Assembly: GCA_964016885.1 (NCBI GenBank) | Contig: OZ024741.1 | Span: 285,200,001 to 285,264,000, forward strand | Direction: 5' to 3' | Source of the DNA: Eledone cirrhosa | Lineage: Eukaryota | DNA length: 64,000 bases | Part shown: positions 13,391 to 25,121 of the stretch, in pieces | Layout of the letters: each line of letters opens with the position of its first letter | Numbering within the stretch: the stretch's first letter is position 1 | Notes under the pieces: model-generated | What the model saw: the letters and a program-made list of their open reading frames with translations, nothing else | Told to the model about the DNA's origin: nothing | Databases searched by the model: none | Made by a program: the position numbers and the translations under genes

Positions 13391-13468
13391 TCACAACGTG
13401 CGAAATCCCCACCAGTACCTGCATTGCATCGTAAGATCAAGTCAAATTCCTCAAAACAGAACTCTCCT
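13391..13468 (+). CDS. CSPP1: CSPP1-like exon (SQRAKSPPVPALHRKIKSNSSKQNSP)
   Basis: ctttacag| ... cct|gtgcgt; 78 nt; SPPVPA motif typical of CSPP1. Confidence 0.8.
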
Positions 13469-13792
13469 GTGCGTAATGATCTTTCTCACTTTCTCTCTTA
13501 TCAAGATTTTTTTATATATATATCCTGTTGCTTAAACAATCTCTCTCTGTTTTATCTTCTATATATTCTACTATAGTACACACACACACACACACACGCA
13601 TGTATATATATATATATATATATATAGTTAGAAGTGCACTAGCAGCTGAAGTGTATGATAAAGTTATTTCTATATAAATACAGAGTGTGAAACTGAGACT
13701 GCACTAATGTGCATAAATATATACACATATCAAATATGTAGGCATCTTATACCAGAAAATACAAATTTCCTGTAAATTGAAAAAAATGATAA

Positions 13793-13837
13793 ATCTTTAA
13801 TTGATTTTCTGATCTTATTGGATTTTCATCAGAAGAT
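13793..13837 (-). ncRNA. Type I hammerhead ribozyme motif
   Basis: atctt-CTGATGA-aaatccaataagatca-GAAA-a-tcaa-t-TA-aagat; 5-bp stem I extended by atgata/tatcat; weak stem II. Confidence 0.55.
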
Positions 13838-14618
13838 ATTAATATCATCCAATCAACCACAAAGAAATATATGTTTGATTGGTATATATACCCATTCACT
13901 TTTAGTAATATTCTGAAATGAATGTACTAATTTGCATATAATCAACATTCATATTGATAGTTTGACAATTATGAAATATATAACGAAGTGCGCTAACAGT
14001 GTAAAATAAAGTTATATCTGTATAAATACAGAGTGTGTAACTGAGACTGCTCCACCGTGAATAATTTCTATTTTCCATGCTTGCATGTGTTAGATGGTTT
14101 GTCTCATAATGTATCTAGATTGATCAAGTGACAATGTCTTGTTTGTATGCTCTGTTTTGGCTTGGTTTCTATGACTAGATGCCCTTTCTATTGCAAACTA
14201 CTTTACAGTATGTACTTTTATTGTGACTACAGCACTACCACCTTACAGTGTGGACTATGTGCTTTTTTGTCATGGCACCACACTACCACTTTCCTGGGTG
14301 GACTAACTGCTTTTTTGTTATGGCATCCTCACTACCACCTTCCAGGGTAGACTGGGGGATTTTTGTTGTGGCACCAGCACTACCACCATGCTATATGATA
14401 GTGTTTTCTAATTAAAGCATAAAACCAGCAATTCAGTGGGAGGGGTAAGTTGATTATATAAGCGCCAGTATCTGACTGGCACTTCATTTTATTGACCTCT
14501 GAAGGTTGAACATTTTAATAAAATAAAATAACGAAATATTATACATAAAGTCTACATTATTGATCATGTCATCTTTCTGGTTGTTCTGACTAAATACAAT
14601 AAATCTATTTGTTAACAG

Positions 14619-14735
14619 AGAGAATCTATAAACTCCAGCTTTGCTAGGCCAGATTCTGGCCGGCCACTCTCTGCAAGTGCCAGTACTGTCAGACCAGACT
14701 CAGCTAATCAACCTTCTAAAACACGAGGTTCATCT
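14619..14735 (+). CDS. CSPP1: CSPP1-like exon (RESINSSFARPDSGRPLSA...TRGSS)
   Basis: ttaacag| ... tct|gtgagt; 117 nt, phase 0/0. Confidence 0.75.
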
Positions 14736-14929
14736 GTGAGTATATCAAATGAAATTATATAATGTTTGCAATAAAATGTGAAAAGAAAATTAAATAATGA
14801 ATGTAAGGGGAAAAGAAGAGGGAGTGGTTGACAGTACACCACAGTCTAGTACAGAGGTTCTCAAAATGGGCACTACCGCCCACCAGGAGGCGTTGAGAAG
14901 GTCCAGTCGCTGGGGGAGCGGTAGATATA

Positions 14930-15120
14930 ATATAATTGTTTCTACTTTTGGCACAAGGCCAGCAATTACCCAGTGCATTACTGGTACTTTATTTTATTGA
15001 CTCCGTAAGAATGAAAGGCAAAGTTAACCTCAGTGGGATTTGAACTCAGAATGGCCAGGGCCGTAACTCTATGCGTCAAAGCATGACGTCCGACCCTCTA
15101 CTGATACTGCCAATCCACCA
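14930..15120 (-). mobile_element. tRNA-derived SINE
   Basis: Reverse complement of the family ggattggcagtatcggtagagggtcggacg...gagttcaaatcccgccgaggtt...gtagaaacaatt. Confidence 0.85.
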
Positions 15121-15268
15121 ATATAATATTATATTAAATATCAAATGATACATTTATATAAACATATTAAAATTAAAAAAATATATAATATTTATCTATA
15201 CATAGTACATATATTATTTATTATGTATAAATTGACGATTTTATTTATTATTATATTATTTACAATTT

Positions 15269-15452
15269 TGGATTGGCAGTATCGGTAGAGGGTTGGACGC
15301 CATGCTTTCCAGCATAGTTACGTCCCTTTACGATCTGAGTTCAAATCCCGCCGAGGTTGACTTTGCCTTTCATCCCTACGGGGTCGATAAAATAAAGTAC
15401 CAGTAATGCACTGAGTAATTGCTGGCCTTGTGCCTAAAGTAGAAACAATTAT
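15269..15452 (+). mobile_element. tRNA-derived SINE (same family, opposite orientation)
   Basis: A-box-like tggcagtatcggtag and B-box gagttcaaatcc; shared body gactttgcctttcatcc...aagtaccagt. Confidence 0.85.
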
Positions 15453-15979
15453 ATTATTTACAATTTGCATGTAGACAAGTATCTCTGGAAATAGGGGTGG
15501 GTGGGTGGTTGGTGGGGCACATAATATTACGTGGCTGTGAAGGGGGTAGGGATCCAGTGTGAGAACCTCTGGTCTAGTAGATGTATATCAGCTGCCTCCT
15601 ATGGACAACAAATGGTGAAAGTGTTGTTACAGAGAACATCCAATGACACCCACTGCATCAACCACTCCACTTCATGGCACTTCTCCCAATTTTGCTGAGG
15701 AAAATGGCAATTTGGGTAGTGAGGACACCATAGACCTGTATGGGGAATGGCATATAAAAAGAAGGGGTCTGCTGTGTCCCAGTATTTGGAATATCTTATT
15801 TTAATATGGCTCAAACTAATCTTTTTTTTTTTCAGAAGGTTTGTAGATTATAGTGCTGTTGTTGATGTTGTTGTTGTCTTTGTGGCTTTCTTCATCTTCT
15901 TCCAATTTGTCTTCATTAACCATTTTGATGCCAATCCACATGAAATCACATCTGTTCAATGATACATAGCTGTTGCTTC

Positions 15980-16890
15980 TTTTTCCTCCTCCTCCTCCTC
16001 CTTCTTCTTCGTCTTCTTCTCCTATCCTCCTCCTCCCCTCTTCTTCGTCTTCTTCTCCTCCTCTTCTCCTCCTCTTCTCCCCCTCCTCCTCTTCGCCTCC
16101 CCCTCTCCGCCCTCCCTCCCCCTCTCCGCCTTTTCCACCCTCTTCTCCTCCCTCTTCTTATCCTCCACCTCCTTTCCCTTCTCCTTCTCTCCCACCTTTC
16201 CCTTCTTCCCCTCTCCTCTTCTCCTCTTCCTTCTTTATCACCCACTTATTCCTGAGAGGGTCATGTCAGAAGCAACTGTCTTTAATTAATCCAGCTAGAG
16301 CCCCAAGCAAGATCAATTCTTAGACTGCACCCTTCTCTGTCTCCTCAGAAGACATATTCTACCACTACCACTACTACCACTACTACTACTACTACTACTA
16401 CCCTCACCACCACCACTATTTGTATTTATAATTTTACAGACTTCAAGAAACCAGAAAGATGACAAAGAAACCCCACGTGCCCACAGTAGGTGTTGTTTTT
16501 GTTTGTTTGATTATTGTCATTGTCACCACCACCACCACCTTCAGCCACCACCACTACCTTCGACCACCACCATCACCATCCTCACCATTACCACCACCAC
16601 CATCATCGCCATCACCACCACCTTCGACTACTACCACTATCACCATCACCTTCGACCACCACCACTATCACCACCACCTTCGACCACCACCACTATCACC
16701 ACCACCTTCGACCACCACCACTATCACCACCTTCAACCACCACCACTGATCCTCAACATCACCAACACCACCACTTCAATTACTAGCTTCACCAACTACC
16801 ACCACTATTCTCATCATCAATACCACCATCACTATCATCATCATCATTACCACCGTCATCATTACCACCGTCATTACCACCACCACAGCC
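15980..16890. repeat. (CCT/CTT)n and (CAC/CAT)n simple repeats flanking the 16440 exon
   Basis: Visible low-complexity triplet tracts. Confidence 0.9.
16440..16485 (+). CDS. CSPP1: CSPP1-like exon (TSRNQKDDKETPRAH)
   Basis: ttttacag| ... a|gtaggt; 46 nt, supplies the phase 1 needed by the next exon. Confidence 0.7.
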
Positions 16891-17344
16891 AGTTCACACA
16901 AAGATGTTTGACATTAAGAAGGGCACCTAGCTGTAGAAACTGTCAAAGTAAAATGTGAACAAGACATAGTTATATGACCTGCCTGTCTAACTTCAGATTA
17001 TAACAACCTGTCTAACATAGTTGTAATTGTGAGTGATTGTATTGTGCATAGGTCAGTGAAGGTACATGGCATGGGGTTAGAGTGTTGGGCTTGCAATCAG
17101 GAGGTTGTGAGTTGGATTCTCGGACTGGGTGATAGTTTGTATTCTTGAGCAAAATACTTTATTTCTTGCTGCTGCAGTTTACTCGGCTGTAGAATTGAGT
17201 TGTGGTGTCACTGTATTGGCCATTGCTTTCCCTTGGAAAACATCGATTGCATGGATGTTTATGCAGGTGTGGCAAACCATATATTTTCTAGCCATTAGAA
17301 AAACCAAAATGAATGCTTCACCTTCGAAGAGCATTTTTTAAAAA

Positions 17345-17700
17345 ATTCCATGTGTCTAACACCCATGGACTTGCTTACAAAGTCAGAAAACAGCACAGCT
17401 CCCATGACTTTCAGAAACATTTTTTCATGCTCAGAGTTGCTGAAGCATGGAACAAACTACCTGCATCAATTGTTAGCTGTCAGGACACTGCATCCTTCAA
17501 AACTTCCATAATTCCCGAAATTCGCCAACACTACCCCTGATATTCCCCCTCCATACACACGCATGCATTTATCTGTGTGTATATCATGACTCTGTTCGCT
17601 TTCCTGACATTTGTACATTATTCTATGTACTATACATGCTCCTTTGATGAGTTGTAGTGCACCTGAGCACTGTACACTATCATTTTCATTCTTATTATTA
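17345..17700 (+). mobile_element. CR1/L2-like LINE 3' end
   Basis: THGLAYKVRK...KHFFMLRVAEAWNKLP...SFK matches the typical CR1-group ORF2 C-terminus. Confidence 0.75.
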
Positions 17701-18061
17701 TCTTGGAGAGTGTCTGTACTGGGAATTAATAGATGTTATTTGAGATTTGATGATGATGATGACAATGATGGTGATGATGACGATATTGACGATGGCAATT
17801 ATAGTGAGGTTGATGATGGTGGTGTTGGTGATGTTCATGACAACAATTATGGCACTGGTAATGGTGATAAAGAGGATGGTAATGATGACTGACAATGGTA
17901 GTGATGATGATGTTGACAATGTAGGTGATGATGATGATGTTGACAATGTAGGTGATGATAATATTGACGATGAGGATGACTATGATGATAATTGTGATGA
18001 TGACGGCAACAACATAATTCCTTTAATGTCCTTTCATTGGTCATTATGTTCCCAATTTCAG

Positions 18062-18138
18062 GTGCTGATGTCCTCAACCAACTGAAGGTCCTAAAGAAAG
18101 GCTTACATCAGAAATTACTTGAAAATGATATGAGGGAT
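18062..18138 (+). CDS. CSPP1: CSPP1-like exon (SADVLNQLKVLKKGLHQKLLENDMRD)
   Basis: tttcag| ... gat|gtaagt; 77 nt. Confidence 0.8.
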
Positions 18139-18338
18139 GTAAGTTGGATTTTATATATATTTTTCTTTACTTTTGTAATCTTTTACTCATTTCATTCATT
18201 AGACTGTGGCCATGCTGGGGCACTGCATTAAAGGGATTTAGTCAGTCATAATGATGCCAGTATTTATGAACTCTGCTACTTATTTCATTAATACTTTTTT
18301 GTTGAATCTCTATGTTATGGAACTTAAGCTCATACAAA

Positions 18339-18376
<38 letters not shown>

Positions 18377-19249
18377 ACATACACACACACCACATACACA
18401 CACATATATACACACAACAGGTTTCTTAATTTTGTCTATGAAAGTTATTTTGTCACAGCCTGTGACCTTATTGATGACTATGTGCCCTTGTCTACTTCTA
18501 ACAAAGAAGGGGTGTAAAGGGCACAATCATCGCATGGTCACATACTGTGACAAAATAAATTTGAAGGCTCAATTAATTAATAAGTTAATTATTCAACTGA
18601 ATTATAATCTAATTATCTAATTGATTAATAAAACTGAAGTGGAATAACAACCTTGGTAGAACTGCCAGGTAAGAGACTTTTGGAAATTGTCCATAGATGT
18701 CCTTGGTTCAAACTTTCTCTGAAACAGACCAGGCATGTCACTTCTGTCAAGGCCTAGAGTTTCCCCAAGAACATTGTTGTACTTTCCTACCACCAGTCCT
18801 CTATAAACTATTAGTGTGGAACTTCCACCAATTACATTGCCCAATGAGTAGAGGTCAATGAGTGCCTATGACATTCCAGATGCCAGTCACTTTGTGAGTC
18901 ATACAAACATAGACTATTCATGTTGACCATCAAGGAATCTTTGCAAGTGCCTCAGCCTCAGTGCATGGCTGCATATCAGTATCCATGGCATGCCCAGTTC
19001 CCCATTTAGTGGGTGTTGGCAGCAGATAGTCTTTCTAACCAATAGAACTTGTCCCTTCCACAAGACACAGAGGAGTAGATGCTCTAATCTTGTCAAATGA
19101 GGATTAGGTCAGTGATTAGACAATGACATATGTAATGTAGGCATTGCTACCTCTGCTTGACCTTTTAAGGACACCTTCCTCTTAGTCCATTTTTGGGTGA
19201 GAGTTGCCATTCTAGTCATAACTTCATCTTAATTCCTGTTTAGTTTTTG

Positions 19250-19590
19250 AAAATGCAAGGCCAGACATAACTTTGGTGGAGAATGGTAATGAAAGGAGAT
19301 TTTTGTTAATTGATATAGCTTATCCAGGAGACCATTCCATCAATGGCAAAGAAAATGAGAAAATTGTAAAATATGCAAACTTGAGAATAGATGATGAGAG
19401 AATGTTGAATATAAAAGTGAGAGTGGTACCAATTTTGATTGTAGCACTTGGGTCGGTGACAGAAAATCCCCAGAAAAACCTTAATAGAATTAGAATCAGC
19501 CTCAGCATTATGACATTGCAAAAAAACACTTTTGGGAACAGCAAATATCCTGCAGAAAGTTTGGTGTATCTTAGGTTACATAATTTAAGG
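19250..19590 (+). mobile_element. R4/Dong-like endonuclease fragment
   Basis: RPDITLVE...LLIDIAYPGD...KENEKIVKY..L...VRVVPILIVALG. Confidence 0.75.
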
Positions 19591-19746
19591 GGAAGTCAAT
19601 TAAATGTTTGTGTAAATAAGATCATCACAATGCTAATTAATAGTAATAATAATAAATACATAAATTCTGAATCCTGTTTGTAGTGAATTTTGCCTGTTTT
19701 CTGGTAATCTAATGGCTTTGTTTTCTTTGATTTTCTCTCATTTTAG

Positions 19747-19769
19747 GGATATGATGCTTCATTAGGAAT
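19747..19769 (+). CDS. CSPP1: CSPP1-like 23-nt microexon (GYDASLG + 2 nt of an Ile codon)
   Basis: Long pyrimidine tract, ttttag| ... at|gtaagt; converts phase 0 to the phase 2 needed by the next exon. Confidence 0.75.
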
Positions 19770-19906
19770 GTAAGTTGATTTCTCAATTTTTCAAAAATTT
19801 CTTAGGTCGGTGGTTAAGGGTTCTGGCTAGAGGTGATACCTTTGGTGTCTGATAGCCACACTCCTTGGAAGTTGACAGGCTCACTAGTGCTCATCCACCC
19901 CTTAAA

Positions 19907-20140
19907 GCTCTCACATCTGGCCTCTAATGCTAGACTCTGGCAGACAACATCACATCTGGCCTCTAATACAACAATCTGGCAGACAACTTTACATTTGGCC
20001 TCTAATACCATAATCTGGCAGACAACTTCACATCTGGCATCTAATGCCACACATTGGCAGACAACTTCACATCTAGCCTCTAATGCCATAATCTGGCAGA
20101 CAGCTTCACATCTGGCCTCTAATGCCACACACTGACAGAT
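19907..20140. repeat. 39-bp minisatellite, about 6 copies
   Basis: Unit ctggcagacaacttcacatctggcctctaatgccacaat; 13-aa periodicity in the ORF track. Confidence 0.9.
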
Positions 20141-20520
20141 TGTGTCAGTTGGCAAGCTAAATGATGTGACAGGTTGATGTTCTCACAACAACATAAGGCA
20201 GATGAATTTCTGTATTTGGATTTCTGTATTTAGATGCCATGTATCCATGACCAGAGTGAACTAACTAGTTGGAGGATATCGGTTGTGGTCAAACTTGGAG
20301 TGGGATCTGTACTGCCGGGCTGTATTTACCCAAGACATGCTGTATAATGCAGCTCTCTGATGACCCTGAAAGACATGGGAAAAGTGAAATGATGAAGTGA
20401 TCTTAGGTCTTATCAGACATATTGTTCTAAATTATGCATCACAACATTGTTTGACTGCAGCAGCAAATGGCCACAATTTCCTCCACACATTGTTGCTTTT
20501 ATAATCAGTTGTGGACCTCT

Positions 20521-20860
20521 TGAAGGTGTGTGGCTTAGTGGTTAGAGCATTGAGTTGAGTTCACAATCGTAAGGTTTTGGGTTTGAATCCCAGACCGGGC
20601 TATGCATTGTGTCCTTGAGCAAGGCACTTTAGTTTACGTTGCTCCAGTTTACTTAGCTGTAGAAATGTGTTGCAATGTCACTGGTCCCAAGCTGTATTGC
20701 CTATTGCCTTTCCCTAGGACAACATCGCTTGAGTGGAGAGGGGCGACTGGCATGCAAGGGTGACTGACTGCTGGTCTTCCACAAACAACCTTGCACAGGC
20801 TTGTGCCTAGGAGGAGAACTTTCTAGGTGCAAAACCATAGTCATTTGTGACTGAAGTGGG
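20521..20860 (+). mobile_element. Second tRNA-derived SINE family
   Basis: tggcttagtggttagagc ... gggtttgaatccc ... ccttgagcaaggcacttt; related copies near 17060, 48210 and on - strand near 9130-9270, 25560 and 39020. Confidence 0.75.
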
Positions 20861-21273
20861 TGGTCTTCTGGTCAGGTGATTAGCTTTGGTCATTGGTAGG
20901 ATTTGAATCTCAAAGTTGAATTTGATCTGGTCTTATGACAAATAAACACCCAGTCCACCATATAAGGTGAGCATGCTGGTGCCATGACAAAAAGCACCTT
21001 CACCTCCTTATAAAGAGGTAGTGCCATGATAAATCTCACAGTACATGCTGTAAAGTGGTTGGCATGAAGAAGGGCAACCAGCTGTAGAAAGCAAGCTAAA
21101 ATGAAGTGTTCAAGCAAGATATCATCACTTGATTGATCTAGTCAGGACCCATCTAACCTGTGCAAGCATGGAAAATAGCCATAAATAATGATGACAATAA
21201 TATCTTTGTGTCCTACTTATTTCTGAATATTATTCCTTCCTTTTTACCTTTTTCTCTCTCTGTTTTCCTTCAG

Positions 21274-21404
21274 CCTGGGGAAGGATTCAGCCCCAATCAA
21301 CCAGAAAGCTGTGTTACTGCGGAGAGGTTCCCATCATGTTGGTGACTCCCCAGGAATGGCTAATGATGATGTTCTAAAGGATTTCAACCAGCTGAAGTAC
21401 CGAG
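21274..21404 (+). CDS. CSPP1: CSPP1-like exon (LGKDSAPINQK...NDDVLKDFNQLKYR)
   Basis: ccttcag| ... g|gtagga; DFNxLK.R motif as in CSPP1. Confidence 0.82.
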
Positions 21405-21539
21405 GTAGGAATTTTAATTCTTCTGCATATATTGTTAGGTGCCTGAGCATAGTATTGCTGAGAGAGAAAAGATAAACAGTTTGGAGTTAGTCCATGCATG
21501 CATACATTGTTCATAGTGGTATGGAAAAAAAGAACAACA

Positions 21540-23690
21540 TTATTACAACTACTACCACTAACACCACCACCATCACTACCACTAACACCACCACTACCAC
21601 TAACACTACACCATTACTACCACTAACACTACCACCATTACTACCACTAACACCACCATCATCACTACCACTAACAACACCACCATCACTACCACTAACA
21701 CTACCACCATCACTAACACTACCACCATCACTACCACTAACACTATCACTACCATCACTACCACCACCATTACCACCACCATTACCACCACCACCACCAC
21801 CACCATCACCACCACCACCACCAATATCACCACCATCACCAACATCACCACCATCACCAACATCACCACCATCACTAACACCAACACTACTGCCATCACA
21901 ATTACTGTCATCTTCACCATCACCAACACCACTACTGCCATCACAACAACTATCATCATCACATCTGCTACCACCACCACCACCACCGCTACTGTCATTA
22001 AAATGACTATCACCATCGCCAACACTACTGCCATCACAACAACTATCATCATCACATCTGCTACCACCTTCACCATCACCAACACCACTGCTGTCAACAC
22101 AACTTCTATCACCATCACAAACACCAGCTCCACCATCACCATTGCTACTGTCATCACAACTACTACCACCCCTACCATTATCACCACCTTTCAGCCATAT
22201 GTTGGCATGCCATAATAGAAATAGCAAGTAAATCCCTGTATTAACGAACACTATGTTGAATAATCTGGTATTAGAGAGATGACAGCTGATAAAAAATGAC
22301 TGCATGGAAAGCTTTGTTGACGGGTGTACTCAGTGAGGATAGACCTAGGGCTATATAGAGTCTCCTCAGCAATACCTCTGTAAGCTTAAATGCTATAAAT
22401 ATCACCACCAACATCACCATCAATACAATTACTGCCACCACCACCTCTACTATTACGATCACAACCACAACCACTACCATTACCACCACAACCACTACCA
22501 TTACCACCACAACCACTACCATTACCACCACAACCACTACCATTACCACCACAACCACTACCATTACCACCACAACCACTATCATTACCACCATCAATGA
22601 CAATAGAACTGCCATCAATACCAACACTACCACTATTATTACCACCACAACCACTTCCACTACCACCATCAATACCACCACCCTCATTACTATTACCACC
22701 ACAGCTGCTACCATCACAACGCTTACCATCACAACCACTACCGCTACCACCATTACTATTATCACCACTACCACCTCCACCACCAATATCCTCACTACTA
22801 CTATTACAACTAAAAATACTACTACTACAAATACTACTAACTACTACTAATACTACTGCTGCTGCTGCTACAACTACTACTAATACTACTGCTGCTGCTG
22901 TTGCTACTACTGCTACTACTACTACCACCACCTTCTTCATATCTACTTGCAGGTGGCTCAGCATCCCACAGTGCATTCCGAAGTAGGTTTCCTGATCCTC
23001 CCAATGATATTTCTAGCTTGGAATTACAACAGAGGGAAATGATAAAACACCAGGAGGAAACCTTACAAAAGATTAGAGCCAATGGTTAGTTATTTGCCTG
23101 TCGTGGTTGTTGGGAATGACCTAGGGCTATAGAACGCTCACCACTATCACTATTACCACTAACATTACTGCTAACAGAGGGCTATACAGTTCCCACCATC
23201 AAAAGCACTACTATCATCACAAATAACTCCACCACTATCACCACTGCAATCACTGCTACCATCAGCAACACAACTATCACCATAGATACCCTTGCCATCT
23301 CCACTCTACAATGAACAACCTAACTACCACCACCCTACCACTATCAATGTCATCACCACTACTACCATAACAACCATTACTATTACTACCACCACGACCA
23401 CCACCACCCACTGTTACTACAAATATTATTTTGGTGACCAAACACCATCACACAGTTATCAAAAATACCACCACCACGACTACTACCACAATGACATCCA
23501 CTACCTTTACCACCACCATAACCATCAACAACACTACCACTACACCACCATAAATACCACCACTATCTTCATAAATACTGTCACCACCACTGCTATCACC
23601 ACTTGCACCATGACAACCACTGCCATTACCACCACCACTACCACCACATATGCTACCACTACCATCACCATTACAACCACTATCATTACC
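21540..23690. repeat. (ACC/ACT/ATC)n simple-repeat fields surrounding the 22953 exon
   Basis: Degenerate triplet tracts, including a 21-bp sub-repeat accattaccaccacaaccact at about 22465-22580. Confidence 0.9.
22953..23084 (+). CDS. CSPP1: CSPP1-like exon (GGSASHSAFRSRFPDPPNDISSLELQQREMIKHQEETLQKIRAN)
   Basis: cttgcag| ... g|gttagt; DPP.D...LE.QQ motif of the CSPP1 C-terminal region. Confidence 0.88.
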
Positions 23691-24513
23691 CTCAGGTCAT
23701 CTCTGCTAAAACAGGGTTTAGTATTGCAGGACCGTGACAGACTTCATAATCACCATAGAGGCCCTTTTTGAGGCAATGTTTTACAGCCTGATGCCCTTAG
23801 TCAACTATTATGATACATAGGGACAGTGTGTATCTATTCTAAATCTGATGCCTGCATGGTTCTGTAACACTTGAAGGAGTCATGGAGGTGCCGTATCGAT
23901 ATACAGCATTTCTAGGGCATTTTTTAAGCCTTGCAGGACCCATCCTTCTCCAGGTCTGAATACAGCAGATTTCTTCCAGAGAAGGAGAGAGAGAGAGAAT
24001 GGAAGTAAGAAAAAAAAATGAGGAAGAATCAACTCCAGTATTTGACCAGTGATTTTTTTTTATCAACCTGGAATGATACATACATTTAAAAGCAAAACAA
24101 ACAACAAAAAGCATTTTAAAGATGCTTTCGCTACTAAAGCATGATAGAGTTAATCATACTGGTCACAGGGTCATTTTTAAGCCATTATTTTACAGCTGGA
24201 TGCCTTTCCTGGTACCAACACTTTTATTCACATCTTATGATGCATGGGAATACATCATCACTGTTTAACAATATATTCCATATTTGCATGGGTTAGATGG
24301 ATTGTCAAATGCTGAGGCGAAACTCCTCAGGTGAGCACTTCCTGTAAAATGGTTGGCTTTAGGAAGGGTATCCAGCCATAGAAACCAAACCACAAACAGA
24401 GCATATGAGCAAGATGCAGTCACCTGACCAATATAACCTCTGTACATGACAACTTGTCTAACCCATCCATGCAAACGTGGAATTAGATGCTGAACAGTGA
24501 TTATTATTTTTAA

Positions 24514-24930
24514 GGGCGGTGGATGGCAGTATCGGTAGAGGGTCGGACGCCATGCTTTCCAGCATAGTTACATCCCTTTACGGTCTGAGTTCAAATCCTG
24601 CCGAGGTTGACTTTGCCTTTCATCCTTACAGGGTCGATAGAATAAAGTACCAGTAATACACTGGGTAATTGCTGGCCTTGTGCCAAAAGTAGAAACAATT
24701 ATTATAAGGGCGGTGGATTGGTAGTATCGGTAGAGCATTGGACGACATGCTTTGCAGCATAGAGTTACCACCCTATACATTCTGATTTCAAATCCCGCCG
24801 AGGTTAACTTTGCCTTTTATCCTTACGGGGTCGATAAAATAAAGCAACAGTAATGTAATGGGGTCGATTTAATTGACTTTCCTCTCCTCCCAAATTACTG
24901 GCCTTGTGCCTATACTAGAAATCATTATTA
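24514..24930 (+). mobile_element. Head-to-tail pair of tRNA-derived SINEs
   Basis: Two copies starting gggcggtgga(t)tgg at about 24514 and 24708. Confidence 0.85.
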
Positions 24931-25022
24931 GTAGTAGTATTACTATTCAGTGTTTGTTGTTACTGCGATGTTATTCCTTGTTATTGTACAACTGTCACCA
25001 TCATAGTTTGTTGTATTTGAAG

Positions 25023-25121
25023 GGGGCTACAAGTACAACTATGAGAATGGTCATCCACCCCTACTAAGACAAAAGACGGTCAGCCCATACCCAATGCTGG
25101 ACTCCAAATCAGCGTTTTATG
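25023..25121 (+). CDS. CSPP1: CSPP1-like exon (GGYKYNYENG...PMLDSKSAFY)
   Basis: ttgaag| ... g|gtaagt; L.S.SAF motif. Confidence 0.78.

Larger units (their letters stand above)
14852..15571. mobile_element. hAT-type MITE carrying two nested SINEs
   Basis: 12-bp TIRs cagaggttctca/tgagaacctctg; 8-bp TSD gtctagta at 14844-14851 and 15572-15579. Confidence 0.88.

Noticed and set aside
21494-23771. Long Pro/Thr/Gly/Val-rich ORFs
   Set aside because: Triplet simple repeats open in several frames on both strands; only 22953-23084 has splice sites and homology.
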